Notes under the pieces: model-generated
Databases searched by the model: none
Told to the model about the DNA's origin: nothing
Seen by the model: the letters and a program-made list of their open reading frames with translations, nothing else
Shown: piece after piece, positions 1 to 9,493 of the stretch
Layout: each line of letters starts with the position of its first letter
How positions within the stretch are numbered: position 1 is the first letter of the stretch
Origin: Treponemataceae bacterium
GTDB taxonomy: Bacteria; Spirochaetota; Spirochaetia; Treponematales; Rectinemataceae
DNA length: 64,000 nt
Assembly: GCA_963678065.2 (NCBI GenBank)
Contig: CAXXVZ010000003.1
Location: 1,408,001 to 1,472,000, forward strand
Reading direction: 5' to 3'
Translations under genes and position numbers: made by a program

Positions 1-2
1 AC

Positions 3-1688
3 GTCTGCCAGGAACACTGCAGCCGCGTCGACTACGAGGGATCGGTCCGCATCCGCGACGTCAAGCTCGCCTGTGCCCGGGCCTGCAGTCTGCCGGATTC
101 CGCGGCGGCCATCGCCACCCGGCTCGCCCCCGAAACCGCGGACAAAGCCGCCGCATTCGGAAAGGTCGCGGTCGTGGGGGCGGGCCCTGCCGGACTCGCC
201 TGCGCCCACCATCTCGCCCTCGCAGGAATCGCCGTCACCATCTTCGAGCGCGCGCAGAGGCCGGGCGGCGTGCCCGTCAACGTCATCCCGAAGTTCCGCA
301 TCGCGCGCGAGGACATCGCCGCCGACATCGACAGGATCGAGTCCCTCGGCGTGAAGTTCGAGTTCGGAAAGAGGGTTTCAGGCGCCGCCGAACTGAAGGA
401 GGCGGGATTCTCCGCCGTTTTCCTCGGCATAGGGGCCGACTCGGCCCGCTCCCTCGGCCTCGCGGGCTCGGGCATCAGGGAAATCGACGCCCTCGAGTTC
501 CTCGAAACCCTCTCCGGCGAGCCCGCTGCCTATGCGGGCTCGAAACATGTCGTCGTAGCCGGCGGCGGCAACACCGCCATGGACGCCGTGCGCAGCGCCA
601 CCCGCATCCCCGGAGTCCGGAGCGTGAAGCTCTCCTACCGAAGGACGGTGGCCGAGATGCCCGCCGACCGCGAGGAACTCGAGAACGCCCTCGCGGAAGC
701 GAATGCTCTGGCGACAGCCTCAGGCGCGGCTGGGGGCTGCTTCCTCGAACTCAGCCTGCCCGAGAGCGCCGCGCCGGGGCTCCTCACGCTCAGGAAGATG
801 AAGCTCGGCGACAGGGACGCCTCCGGCCGACGCAGCCCCGTCCCTTCGGACGAAACCTTCGCCCTGCCCTGCGACATCCTGGTCGCGGCCATCGGCGAGT
901 CCCCTGACCGCGCGGCGCTTGAATCCTTCGGCGTCGCGGTCGGAACCGACGGCCGCCCCGTCGCCGATCCTGCGACCATGTCGGCAGCGCCCGGAATTTA
1001 TGTCGGAGGCGACGCGCGGCGTGGCCCTGCCTCCATCATCTCGGCTGAGGCGGACGGCAGGAGGGCGGCCTACGCCATCCTCCGGACTGCGGGAATCGAG
1101 CCGCCGGCCGCCGGCTACGTCGCCCCCGCGGCCGATGCGGAAAAGCTCGCCGCGCGCGGCCAGACCATCCCCTCCCTCGACCCAGCCGACCCTGACTTCG
1201 TCGCGCGCGAGGCCGAACGCTGCCTGGCCTGCGACTCGGCCTGCCTGCGCTGCGTCGAGGTCTGCCCGAACAGGGCCAACGCCTTCGTCGCGGTCGGCGC
1301 CCCCTTCGCGCAAGGACTGCAGATCGTCCACGTCGACCGTCTGTGCAACGAGTGCGGCAACTGCGGCGTATTCTGCCCCTGGGAGGGCGAACCCTTCCGC
1401 GGGAAACCCACTCTCTTCGACACGGCGGCAGAGCTCGAAGCCTCGACGAACGCGGGATTCGCCTTCGTCGCCGCGCCGCCGGCATCAACGCCGGCACCCG
1501 GCATGGTCGCGTCGACCGGGAATTCCGCTCCGGACCTCGCCCTCAAGACCGCCACCGGAGCGCCTGTGCACGTCTACAGTCACGCCGAGTGGAACGGCGC
1601 GAGCCTGCCCGCGACGGCGGCGCCCATGGCCGCCCTCGCCCGCGCCGTATGGCGCGACCACCGCTACCTCGCAGGAGGCGCAAAGTGA
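3..1688 (+). CDS. ygfK: YgfK-like Fe-S flavoprotein oxidoreductase (putative selenate reductase family), 5'-truncated by window edge
   Basis: Frame open from base 3 (VCQEHCSRVDYEGSVRIRDVKL); GAGPAG and GGGNTAMD dinucleotide-binding motifs; C-terminal RCLAC..C..CVEVCPNRAN and CNECGNC..FCP ferredoxin motifs; adjacent to ssnA. Confidence 0.88.
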   Translation, partial: VCQEHCSRVDYEGSVRIRDVKLACARACSLPDSAAAIATRLAPETADKAAAFGKVAVVGAGPAGLACAHHLALAGIAVTIFERAQRPGGVPVNVIPKFRIAREDIAADIDRIESLGVKFEFGKRVSGAAELKEAGFSAVFLGIGADSARSLGLAGSGIREIDALEFLETLSGEPAAYAGSKHVVVAGGGNTAMDAVRSATRIPGVRSVKLSYRRTVAEMPADREELENALAEANALATASGAAGGCFLELSLPESAAPGLLTLRKMKLGDRDASGRRSPVPSDETFALPCDILVAAIGESPDRAALESFGVAVGTDGRPVADPATMSAAPGIYVGGDARRGPASIISAEADGRRAAYAILRTAGIEPPAAGYVAPAADAEKLAARGQTIPSLDPADPDFVAREAERCLACDSACLRCVEVCPNRANAFVAVGAPFAQGLQIVHVDRLCNECGNCGVFCPWEGEPFRGKPTLFDTAAELEASTNAGFAFVAAPPASTPAPGMVASTGNSAPDLALKTATGAPVHVYSHAEWNGASLPATAAPMAALARAVWRDHRYLAGGAK

Positions 1689-3163
1689 TCCTCTTCGAGA
1701 ACATGCGCATCATTTCATGGAACCCGCCCGCCGTATCGGGCCCCCTGGATGTCGTCGCCTATGGCCCGGATGAGGGCGTACCCTCACAGACTCTCCCGTC
1801 TCCGGGTGGCGCCGACGCGGGCAGCCCTGCCGGTGGCAGCCGGGCGGGAACAATCGCCGAAGTCGGCACCAATCTCGCAGCCCGCTACCCGGGCGCCAGG
1901 CGCGTCGCCTCGGGCGGCTACCTCTCGCCAGGCCTCGTGCTCTCCCACACACACCTCTACTCCGCCCTCGCGCGCGGCATGATGGTCTCGATCAAACCTT
2001 CCAAGGACTTCGCCCAGCAGCTCGATCACCTCTGGTGGCGCCTCGACCGGGCCATCGATCTTCCCATACTCGAATCGAGCGGGCTCGCCGGCCTCGCCGA
2101 CGCGGCCTTCTCGGGCGTCACGGCCGTCGTCGATCACCACGCCGGCCCCGAGGCGATCGACGGCAGCCTCTCCGTGCTCCGCGGAGCCTACGAGAAGATC
2201 GGTCTGCGCGGCCTCCTCTGTTACGAGACCACGGATCGCAACGGCATGGCCGGAGCGCGCGCGGGCGTGGCCGAAAACGTCAGATTCGCCCGCGAAATCG
2301 ACGCCGGACGAAAGGCAGGACGACGCCCCCTCGTCGACGGGGCCATCGGCGGACACGCCGGCTTCACCGTCGGCACCGAGACGCTGGAAGCCCTCGGAGA
2401 CGCCGTTTGCTCCACCGGACGGGGCATCCACATCCACCTCGGCGAGGATAAGTACGACGCCGTCGACTCACGCCATCGATTCGGAGCCGACCTCGTCGAG
2501 CGGATGGACGCGGCCGGCTGCCTCGGACCGAAGAGCATCGTCGGCCACGGCGTCTGGCTGACCGACAGCGAGGTCGAGATCCTGAACGGGCGCGATGCCT
2601 TCCTCGCCCACAACGCCCGCTCGAACATGAACAACGCCGTCGGCTACAACGCCCTCCTCACCCGTTTCAGGAACGTCATACTCGGGACGGACGGCATGAG
2701 CGCCGACATGCTCGAAGAGTTCAAGTTCGCCGTCTTCCGCCACCGCGAGACGGCCGGTCCCTGGTGGCCGGACAACTTCCTCGAGTGCATGGACCGCGGC
2801 AACCGCCTCCTCGAGCGCTATTTCGGCGCGGACTTCGCCCATGGCGCCGCTGCGAGCACCGCCGCCGCGAGCACTGTCCCCAGCGTCCCTGGACTCCCGG
2901 GCTCGGGTCCGCGCTTCGGCTCCATCGAGGCCGGAAGCCCCGCGGACGTGGTGGTCTGGAACTACGACCCGCCTACGCCCCTTGAGGGCGGCAATCTCGC
3001 GGGACACCTGGCCTTCGGCCTCGGATCCCGGTCGGTACGAAGCGTCGCCGTGAACGGCGATATGATCATAGAGAACGGACAGGCCCGATTCGACCAGGCC
3101 GCCATCATGGCGACCGCGCGCGACGAGGCCGCCCGGCTCTGGAAACGGATGGAGGAGAGGTAA
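1685..3163 (+). CDS. ssnA: SsnA-like amidohydrolase
   Basis: GTG overlaps ygfK stop; SHTHLYSALARG, LWWRLDRA, DHHAGP, HNARSNMNNAVG and GTDG motifs. Confidence 0.88.
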   Translation: MILFENMRIISWNPPAVSGPLDVVAYGPDEGVPSQTLPSPGGADAGSPAGGSRAGTIAEVGTNLAARYPGARRVASGGYLSPGLVLSHTHLYSALARGMMVSIKPSKDFAQQLDHLWWRLDRAIDLPILESSGLAGLADAAFSGVTAVVDHHAGPEAIDGSLSVLRGAYEKIGLRGLLCYETTDRNGMAGARAGVAENVRFAREIDAGRKAGRRPLVDGAIGGHAGFTVGTETLEALGDAVCSTGRGIHIHLGEDKYDAVDSRHRFGADLVERMDAAGCLGPKSIVGHGVWLTDSEVEILNGRDAFLAHNARSNMNNAVGYNALLTRFRNVILGTDGMSADMLEEFKFAVFRHRETAGPWWPDNFLECMDRGNRLLERYFGADFAHGAAASTAAASTVPSVPGLPGSGPRFGSIEAGSPADVVVWNYDPPTPLEGGNLAGHLAFGLGSRSVRSVAVNGDMIIENGQARFDQAAIMATARDEAARLWKRMEER

Positions 3164-3167
3164 ATCC

Positions 3168-4376
3168 ATGTCGACGAAAACGATTCTCGAAAAAGCGAAG
3201 GCTTACAGAGACTACACGGCCAAAAACCTGAGCGAAATGATAAAGGTGCCGGGCTTCTCCTGCACGGAGAAAGAGCGGGTCCTGGTCCTCAGGAAAATGT
3301 GCGAAGAGGTCGGCATGGAAGACATCCGCATCGACGGTCTCGGCAGCCTCCTCGGCCGCGTCGGCAATGGGCCGAAGAAGCTCGTCTTCGACGCCCACAT
3401 CGACACGGTCGGTGTCGGCGACCCCGCCCAGTGGAAGACCCCGCCCCACTCCGGCATCATAAAGGACGGCCTCGTCTACGGCCGCGGCGCCTCCGATCAG
3501 CTCGGCGGGGCAGCCTCCATGATCAGCGCAGCCCGCATCCTGAAAGAGATGGACTATAAAGGCGAGTACACCGTCTGGTTCGCCTTCACCACGATCGAGG
3601 AGGATTGCGACGGCCTGTGCTGGAAGTACCTCATCGAGGAAGAGAAGTTCGTCCCCGACATGGTCGTCTCCACCGAGCCCACGAGCTGCCGACTCTACCG
3701 CGGACACCGCGGTCGCATGGAGATCCAGATCGACATTAAGGGTATCTCCTGCCACGGCTCAGCGCCTGAGCGCGGCGAGAACGCCGGCTACAAGGCCGCC
3801 CGCGCGGCCCTCGCCCTCGAGAAACTCAACGCCGAGCTCGAGCCCGACGACGATGGCTTCCTCGGCAAGGGCACCATCGTCGTCTCCCAGATCAAGGTCA
3901 ACGGTCCCTCACAGTGCGCCGTGCCCGATCAGGCCATGCTCTACTGCGACCGCCGCCTCACATGGGGCGAGGACGACAAGCTCGCCATCGGCCAGGTCGA
4001 GAAGGCCCTCGCCGCAGCCGGGGTCGACAAGTTCAGCGTGAAGATGCCCGAATACGCCCAGCCCGCCTACACGGGCCTTTTGTACAAGCAGGAACTCTAC
4101 TTCCCCACCTGGAAGATCCCCGCCGACTCGAAACTCGTCACTTCCGGCGTCGACGCCTACACCGCTCTCTACGGCAAAGCTCCTGTGGTCGACAAGTGGA
4201 CCTTCTCCACGAACGGCGTCGCGATCTGCGGACGGCACAAGATCCCGACGATCGGATTCGGCCCCGGCGACGAGAGCCAGGCCCACGCCCCCAACGAGAT
4301 CAACCGCATCGACGACCTCGAGATCTGCGCCGCTTTCTACGCCGCCCTGCCCTACGCCCTGGAGCAAAAGGCATGA
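3168..4376 (+). CDS. ygeY: YgeY-family M20 hydrolase
   Basis: FDAHIDTV, YGRGASDQ, EEDCDGLCW, TEPT, GHRGRME, KWTFSTNGV, GFGPG..AHAPNE. Confidence 0.92.
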   Translation: MSTKTILEKAKAYRDYTAKNLSEMIKVPGFSCTEKERVLVLRKMCEEVGMEDIRIDGLGSLLGRVGNGPKKLVFDAHIDTVGVGDPAQWKTPPHSGIIKDGLVYGRGASDQLGGAASMISAARILKEMDYKGEYTVWFAFTTIEEDCDGLCWKYLIEEEKFVPDMVVSTEPTSCRLYRGHRGRMEIQIDIKGISCHGSAPERGENAGYKAARAALALEKLNAELEPDDDGFLGKGTIVVSQIKVNGPSQCAVPDQAMLYCDRRLTWGEDDKLAIGQVEKALAAAGVDKFSVKMPEYAQPAYTGLLYKQELYFPTWKIPADSKLVTSGVDAYTALYGKAPVVDKWTFSTNGVAICGRHKIPTIGFGPGDESQAHAPNEINRIDDLEICAAFYAALPYALEQKA

Positions 4377-5587
4377 AATGGCTCTACCGCTGCCCAAGCT
4401 GCGGCGCCGAATACCCCATCGAGCCGGGCCGCTACCTCTGCGACCCATGCTCGGCCTCCAACGTTCCCGGCAGGCCGCTCGAGGGTATCCTCGAGTGCGC
4501 CTGGGAGGGCGAGTGGTCTCCGGCGGCCGCTGGCGGCCGTGGCGCGACCGTATCGGCAGGACCGACGGCAGCGATTGCCTCGATCCCCCTCCCCGTCGAG
4601 CCCGAATACTTCCCCGACCTCCCCGTCGGCGACACCCCGCTCTGGGCGAGCTCGCGCCTGCGGACCGCGGTCGGCTTCCCCGGCCTCTGGCTCAAGGACG
4701 ACACCTGCAACCCCTCGGGCTCCTACAAGGACCGCGCGAGCTTCCTCGTCGCCGCCTTCGCGAAAAAGTTCGGCATCGACGAGATAGCCCTCGCCTCGAC
4801 GGGCAACGCCGCGTCCAGCATGGCCTGCGTCGGGGCGGCCGCCGGCCTGAAAATTACCGTATTCCTCCCCGCGAAGGCGCCCGCGGCCAAGCGCATCCAG
4901 GTCCTCCAGTACGGGGCGACCTTGCGCGAAGTCCAGGGCACCTACGACCTCGCCTTCGACCAATCCCTCGCCTACTCGGCCGAGACGGGAGTGCTCTCGC
5001 GCAACACCGCCTACAACCCCCTCACGATCGAGGGCAAGAAGACGGCCGCCTTCGAGATCGTGCGCGACCTCAAAAAGGCCAGAGGCGAAGTCGCAGGGCG
5101 CAGAGTCGACCACGTCTTCGTCCCCACGGGCGACGGCGTCATCCTCTCAGGCCTCATCCGCGGCTTCGAGGACCTCATCAGGCTCGGGGAAGTCGATGTC
5201 ATGCCGACCTTCTGGGCCGCCCAGGCAGGTGGATCGAGCGCCCTGGCCCGCGCCCTCGAGACGGGCGTCTTCACCGAGGTGAGTTCGGACACCATCGCCG
5301 ACTCGATCTCCGTCGACGTCCCGCGCAACGGCAGCTACGCCCTGGCCAAGCTGAAAAAGTACGCGGGGCGCGCCGTCGTCGTCTCGGACGCGGAAATACT
5401 CGAGGCGCAGCGCTACGTTTCCGCCAACTCAGGGCTTTTCGCCGAGCCCTCCAGCGCCTGCGCCTTCGCGGGTTTCATGAAGGCGCGACCCTCTCTCGAC
5501 CCCGACTCCACCGTCGTCGTCATGCTCACCGGATCGGGACTCAAGGACATCGCGGGGGCGGCCAAGGCCGTCGGCGCCCGCATATAA
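4373..5587 (+). CDS. Threonine-synthase-like fold-type-II PLP enzyme with N-terminal CxxC..CxxC
   Basis: ATG overlaps ygeY stop; NPSGSYKDRAS (PLP Lys), ASTGNAASS, EGKKT, PTGDG, TIADSI, FAEPSS, LTGSGLKD. Confidence 0.85.
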   Translation: MKWLYRCPSCGAEYPIEPGRYLCDPCSASNVPGRPLEGILECAWEGEWSPAAAGGRGATVSAGPTAAIASIPLPVEPEYFPDLPVGDTPLWASSRLRTAVGFPGLWLKDDTCNPSGSYKDRASFLVAAFAKKFGIDEIALASTGNAASSMACVGAAAGLKITVFLPAKAPAAKRIQVLQYGATLREVQGTYDLAFDQSLAYSAETGVLSRNTAYNPLTIEGKKTAAFEIVRDLKKARGEVAGRRVDHVFVPTGDGVILSGLIRGFEDLIRLGEVDVMPTFWAAQAGGSSALARALETGVFTEVSSDTIADSISVDVPRNGSYALAKLKKYAGRAVVVSDAEILEAQRYVSANSGLFAEPSSACAFAGFMKARPSLDPDSTVVVMLTGSGLKDIAGAAKAVGARI

Positions 5588-5598
5588 AGGAGAACGAA

Positions 5599-7092
5599 AT
5601 GATCGACCTGACCATCGATAGCGCCCAGCGCAAAAAGAACATCCAGCGCTGCAGGGAAAAAGGAATCATCCTCCCCACCTACGCCCAGATGCGCGACCCC
5701 GCCCTCATCCCGCAGGGCATCAAGGACGAGCTGAAGGGGATCGGACTCTGGGACGTCCACCCGCGCAACCTCTTCCGCGTCAACTGGCACAACGAGCCCG
5801 TCAAACAGGGTGGAACCTACGGCGGCGTCAACTTCATCGAGATGCCCTCCTCCATCACCGGAACCAGGGCCCGCATCGTCGGCATCTCCGGCAAGTGGTT
5901 CCCGACGGGCGCGCACAAGGTCGGAGCCGCCCTCTCCTGCCTCCTCCCCGAGCTGACCACCGGACGATTCGACCCGACCACCAAGAAAGCCGTCTGGCCC
6001 TCCACCGGCAACTACTGCCGCGGCGGAGCCTACATCAGCCGCCTCCTCTCCTGCCCCTCCATCGCCATCCTGCCCGCCGGCATGAGCCGCGAGCGCTTCG
6101 ATTGGCTCAAGACCATGGCCGAGGAAGTCATCGCCACCCCCGGCTGCGAGTCCAACGTCAAGGAAATCTTCGACAAGTGCATCGAACTCGAGCGCACACG
6201 AGCCGACGCCGTCATCTTCAACCAGTTCGACCAGCTTCCGAACCACCTCTGGCACTACTCGGTCACGGGACCGGCCATGGAAGAAGTCTACAAACAGATC
6301 GCGAAACCCGGCGACAGGCTCTCAGGCGCCGTCTTCTCCTCGGGCTCCGGCGGCACCCTCGGCGCGGGCTCCTACCTCAGAGACAACTACTCCGGCTTCA
6401 AGGTCGGCGTCGGCGAGGCCCTGCAGTGCCCGACCATCCTCGAGAACGGCTTCGGAGACCACCGCATCGAAGGCATCGGCGACAAGCACATCCCCTGGAT
6501 CCACAACCTCCGCGACACCGACGTCGCAGTCGGCATCGATGACGAGCTTCCGATGCGCCTCATCCGTCTCTTCAACGAACCAGCGGGACGCGCAAAACTC
6601 GTCGAGGCGGGAGTCCCGGCCGATGTCCTCGCCAAAATCGACTGGATCGGCATCTCCGGCGTCGGCAACATGCTGGGCGCGATCAAGATGGCCAAGTACT
6701 ACGAACTCACCGAGAAGGACATCGTCTTCACCGTCTTCACCGACTCCATGGAAATGTACGGCTCCCGCATCGCCGAGCTCGACGCGGAGCGCGGAACCTA
6801 CGACCAGCGCCAGGCCGACCGCGACTACGAGCGCCTCCAGGTCGTTGGAACCGACAACCTCCTCGAACTCTCCTTCGTCGACAAGCGCCGCATCCACCAG
6901 CTCAAGTACTTCACCTGGATCGAGCAGCTCGGCAAACAACTGCCCGAACTCCGCGCCCAGTGGGACGACTCCTACAACTACTGGGGCGGACTGCACCAGG
7001 AAGCCTCCCGCCTCGACGAGATGATAAACGACTTCAACGCCGAAGCCGCCGTCGCCCCTGGCGCAGGAGCGTCAGCTGGGGCTGGAAAATGA
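5599..7092 (+). CDS. Uncharacterised PLP-dependent enzyme (beta-subunit/fold type II family)
   Basis: AAGGAG RBS; FPTGAHKVGAA PLP-Lys motif, WPSTGNYCRGG, SGSGGT glycine loop, HRIEGIG. Confidence 0.8.
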   Translation: MIDLTIDSAQRKKNIQRCREKGIILPTYAQMRDPALIPQGIKDELKGIGLWDVHPRNLFRVNWHNEPVKQGGTYGGVNFIEMPSSITGTRARIVGISGKWFPTGAHKVGAALSCLLPELTTGRFDPTTKKAVWPSTGNYCRGGAYISRLLSCPSIAILPAGMSRERFDWLKTMAEEVIATPGCESNVKEIFDKCIELERTRADAVIFNQFDQLPNHLWHYSVTGPAMEEVYKQIAKPGDRLSGAVFSSGSGGTLGAGSYLRDNYSGFKVGVGEALQCPTILENGFGDHRIEGIGDKHIPWIHNLRDTDVAVGIDDELPMRLIRLFNEPAGRAKLVEAGVPADVLAKIDWIGISGVGNMLGAIKMAKYYELTEKDIVFTVFTDSMEMYGSRIAELDAERGTYDQRQADRDYERLQVVGTDNLLELSFVDKRRIHQLKYFTWIEQLGKQLPELRAQWDDSYNYWGGLHQEASRLDEMINDFNAEAAVAPGAGASAGAGK

Positions 7093-8462
7093 TCCTGCTC
7101 GGGAACTGCCTCCGGGTCCTTCGCCATGACGGCGCGGACCTCGCGGGCGTCGATGTCCTCATAGACGGGGCGCGCATCGTGAAGATCGCTCCCCGGATCG
7201 AGGCGACCGGCGCCGACCGCGTCATCGACTGCTCCCGCATGGTGGTGGCTCCCGGCCTCGTCAACACGCACCACCACTTCTACCAGACCCTCACGCGCAA
7301 CCTGCCGGCCGTCCAGAACGCCAAGCTTTTCGACTGGCTTCTCTATCTCTACGAAATCTGGAAGGGCATCGACGAGGAGGCCGTCTACGTCTCGAGCCTC
7401 CTCGCGATGACCGAAATGATCAAGACGGGCTGCACCTGCACCACCGACCACCACTACCTCTACCCGGATACCTTTGTCGACGACCTCCCGGCCATTCAGT
7501 TCCGCGCGGCCGCCGAGCTCGGCATCCGCTTCGCGCCCACGCGCGGCTCGATGTCGCGCTCCAAAAAGGACGGCGGGCTTCCGCCCGACTCCGTCGTCCA
7601 GGACGAGGAGACGATCCTCGCCCACTGCGAGTCGACGATAACCCGCTTCCACGATCCCTCCCCCGATTCCATGCGACGTGTGGCCCTCGCGCCCTGCAGC
7701 CCCTTCTCCGTCTCCGAGGACCTCATGAAGAAGTCGGCCGCCCTCGCGAGGCGCCACGGCGTTCGCCTTCACACCCACCTCGCGGAGACTTCCGACGAGG
7801 ACGACTACTGCGTCTCTATCTACGGACGGCGCCCGCTCAAGCTCATGGAAGACTGCGGTTTCCTCGGCCCCGACGTCTGGTACGCCCACGGCATCTTCTT
7901 CAACGATGCCGAACTCGACCTCCTCGCGGCGACGAAGACTGGCGTCGCACACTGCCCCTCCTCCAACATGCGCCTGGGCTCGGGCATCTGTCGCGTACGC
8001 GAGATGCTGGACCGCGGCGTCCCCGTCGGCCTCGCTGTGGACGGCTCGGCGTCCAACGACTCCTCCGACATGCTCGGCGAGGCGCGCCAGGCCATGCTGC
8101 TGCAGCGCGTGCGCTACGGCTCAGGCGGACTCACGGCGAAAGAGACCTGGGAGATCGCGACCCGCGGCGGAGCGAGCATCCTCGGCTGGTCAGAGACCGG
8201 CAGCATCGAAGAAGGCATGCTCGCCGATATCTCCATCTGGAACATGGACAGGCTGGCCTACTCCGGCTCGCTCTCGGACCCCGCCGCCGCCCTCCTCTTC
8301 TGCGGCTACGACCACTCGGCCGACACGGTCATCGTGAACGGCCGCATCGTCGCCGAGAAGGGGACAGTGCTCGGGGTCGACGAAAACAAACTCAAGGACG
8401 ACGCCAACCGCGTCGCCCGAAACCTCTACAAAAAAGCGGGGATCGCTCTACAGACATGGTGA
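7089..8462 (+). CDS. Amidohydrolase, 8-oxoguanine deaminase/AtzB-like
   Basis: VNTHHHFYQTLTR, APCSPFSV, LHTHLAET, AHCPSSNMRLGSG, VDGSASND. Confidence 0.85.
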   Translation: MILLGNCLRVLRHDGADLAGVDVLIDGARIVKIAPRIEATGADRVIDCSRMVVAPGLVNTHHHFYQTLTRNLPAVQNAKLFDWLLYLYEIWKGIDEEAVYVSSLLAMTEMIKTGCTCTTDHHYLYPDTFVDDLPAIQFRAAAELGIRFAPTRGSMSRSKKDGGLPPDSVVQDEETILAHCESTITRFHDPSPDSMRRVALAPCSPFSVSEDLMKKSAALARRHGVRLHTHLAETSDEDDYCVSIYGRRPLKLMEDCGFLGPDVWYAHGIFFNDAELDLLAATKTGVAHCPSSNMRLGSGICRVREMLDRGVPVGLAVDGSASNDSSDMLGEARQAMLLQRVRYGSGGLTAKETWEIATRGGASILGWSETGSIEEGMLADISIWNMDRLAYSGSLSDPAAALLFCGYDHSADTVIVNGRIVAEKGTVLGVDENKLKDDANRVARNLYKKAGIALQTW

Positions 8463-9493
8463 CGACATTCCACAGGCCGCGCGACGCAGCCGAAGCACAG
8501 TCTCTGCTCAACGCACATCCATCTGCCCTACCGCTCGCGGGCGGAACCTGGCTCCTGACAGGCCAGTTCCGGAAAACGCCGTTGGAAGTCGTGTCCGTCG
8601 ACGGGCTCCTTCCCTCTGGAATCGAGCGCCTGCCGGAACCCGGCAGGCCTGCATCTGGCACTTCCGCGGTGGACACTTTTGCAGCCTCTACACCCGGCAA
8701 CGCGCCTCATGGCGGATTCACCCTCGCTCTCGGCGCGCTCGCGACCTTCCAATCCATCGCGGATTCGCCCGAAGCGCCCGCGCCCTTGAGGGAGGCCGTC
8801 CTCGGCATGGCGGACCGCAACATCCGCAACCGCGCGACGGTCGGTGGCAACATAGGCGCGGGAAAGTCCTGCGCGAGCCTCATTCCCCTCTTCCTCGTGA
8901 CCGACGCGGTCTACGAGTGCGCGTCTGGAACCTCAGGCGGCGCTGCGCTCGCGCTCCCCGCCGCGGAATGGACGAAAACAGAGCCCGCGAAACTCATCGT
9001 GCGCGTCGCCCTCCGCTTCGAGACGGAGAGGCTTTACGCCTGCCGGCGCTGGTCGCGCACCGCCTGCGACCTCTCGGTGATCACGGTCGCCGTCTCGTTC
9101 AGGCTAGATACCCCCGATTCCTTTGCGTCGGCATCGGCCACAACAGGCATCCCAACTGGTGCTCCGGCTTCCTCCCGCGCCCTGCGCGGACTGCGCATAG
9201 CCCTGGGCGGCATGGGAGCCTCGGCCCGCCGCTTCCCCGAAATCGAAGCCGTCCTCGAAGGAAAGCCCCTCCCTGCCCGGGACGAACTCGAGTCCCTGGT
9301 CGCTCCCTTCTTCGACCCGAAATCCGACGCCCGCGGCAGCGCTGAGTTCAAACGCTACCGCGCCGCCTGCCTGGTCGTCGAGGCTCTTCTCTCCGCACAG
9401 CCGGTGGCGTCTGTCGCGGCGAATGAAATGGCAGCGCAGGCACGGGTCGGAGCCCCGGCATCGAGCTCCGCGGCCCCGGAGGTACAGCCATGA
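8456..9493 (+). CDS. ygfM: FAD-binding subunit of xanthine-dehydrogenase-family molybdoenzyme (YgfM-like), with low-complexity insertions
   Basis: PLAGGTWL, IRNRATVGGNI, SDARGSAEFKR; directly upstream of xdhD. Confidence 0.75.
   Translation: MVTTFHRPRDAAEAQSLLNAHPSALPLAGGTWLLTGQFRKTPLEVVSVDGLLPSGIERLPEPGRPASGTSAVDTFAASTPGNAPHGGFTLALGALATFQSIADSPEAPAPLREAVLGMADRNIRNRATVGGNIGAGKSCASLIPLFLVTDAVYECASGTSGGAALALPAAEWTKTEPAKLIVRVALRFETERLYACRRWSRTACDLSVITVAVSFRLDTPDSFASASATTGIPTGAPASSRALRGLRIALGGMGASARRFPEIEAVLEGKPLPARDELESLVAPFFDPKSDARGSAEFKRYRAACLVVEALLSAQPVASVAANEMAAQARVGAPASSSAAPEVQP

Noticed and set aside
4378..5598. Apparent 904-aa ORF, and similar N-terminal extensions at 1343, 3914, 46595, 54425 and 61057
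   Set aside because: The extensions are Arg/Pro-rich alternate-frame readings of neighbouring genes; true starts have an RBS, a stop-start overlap or an adjacent promoter
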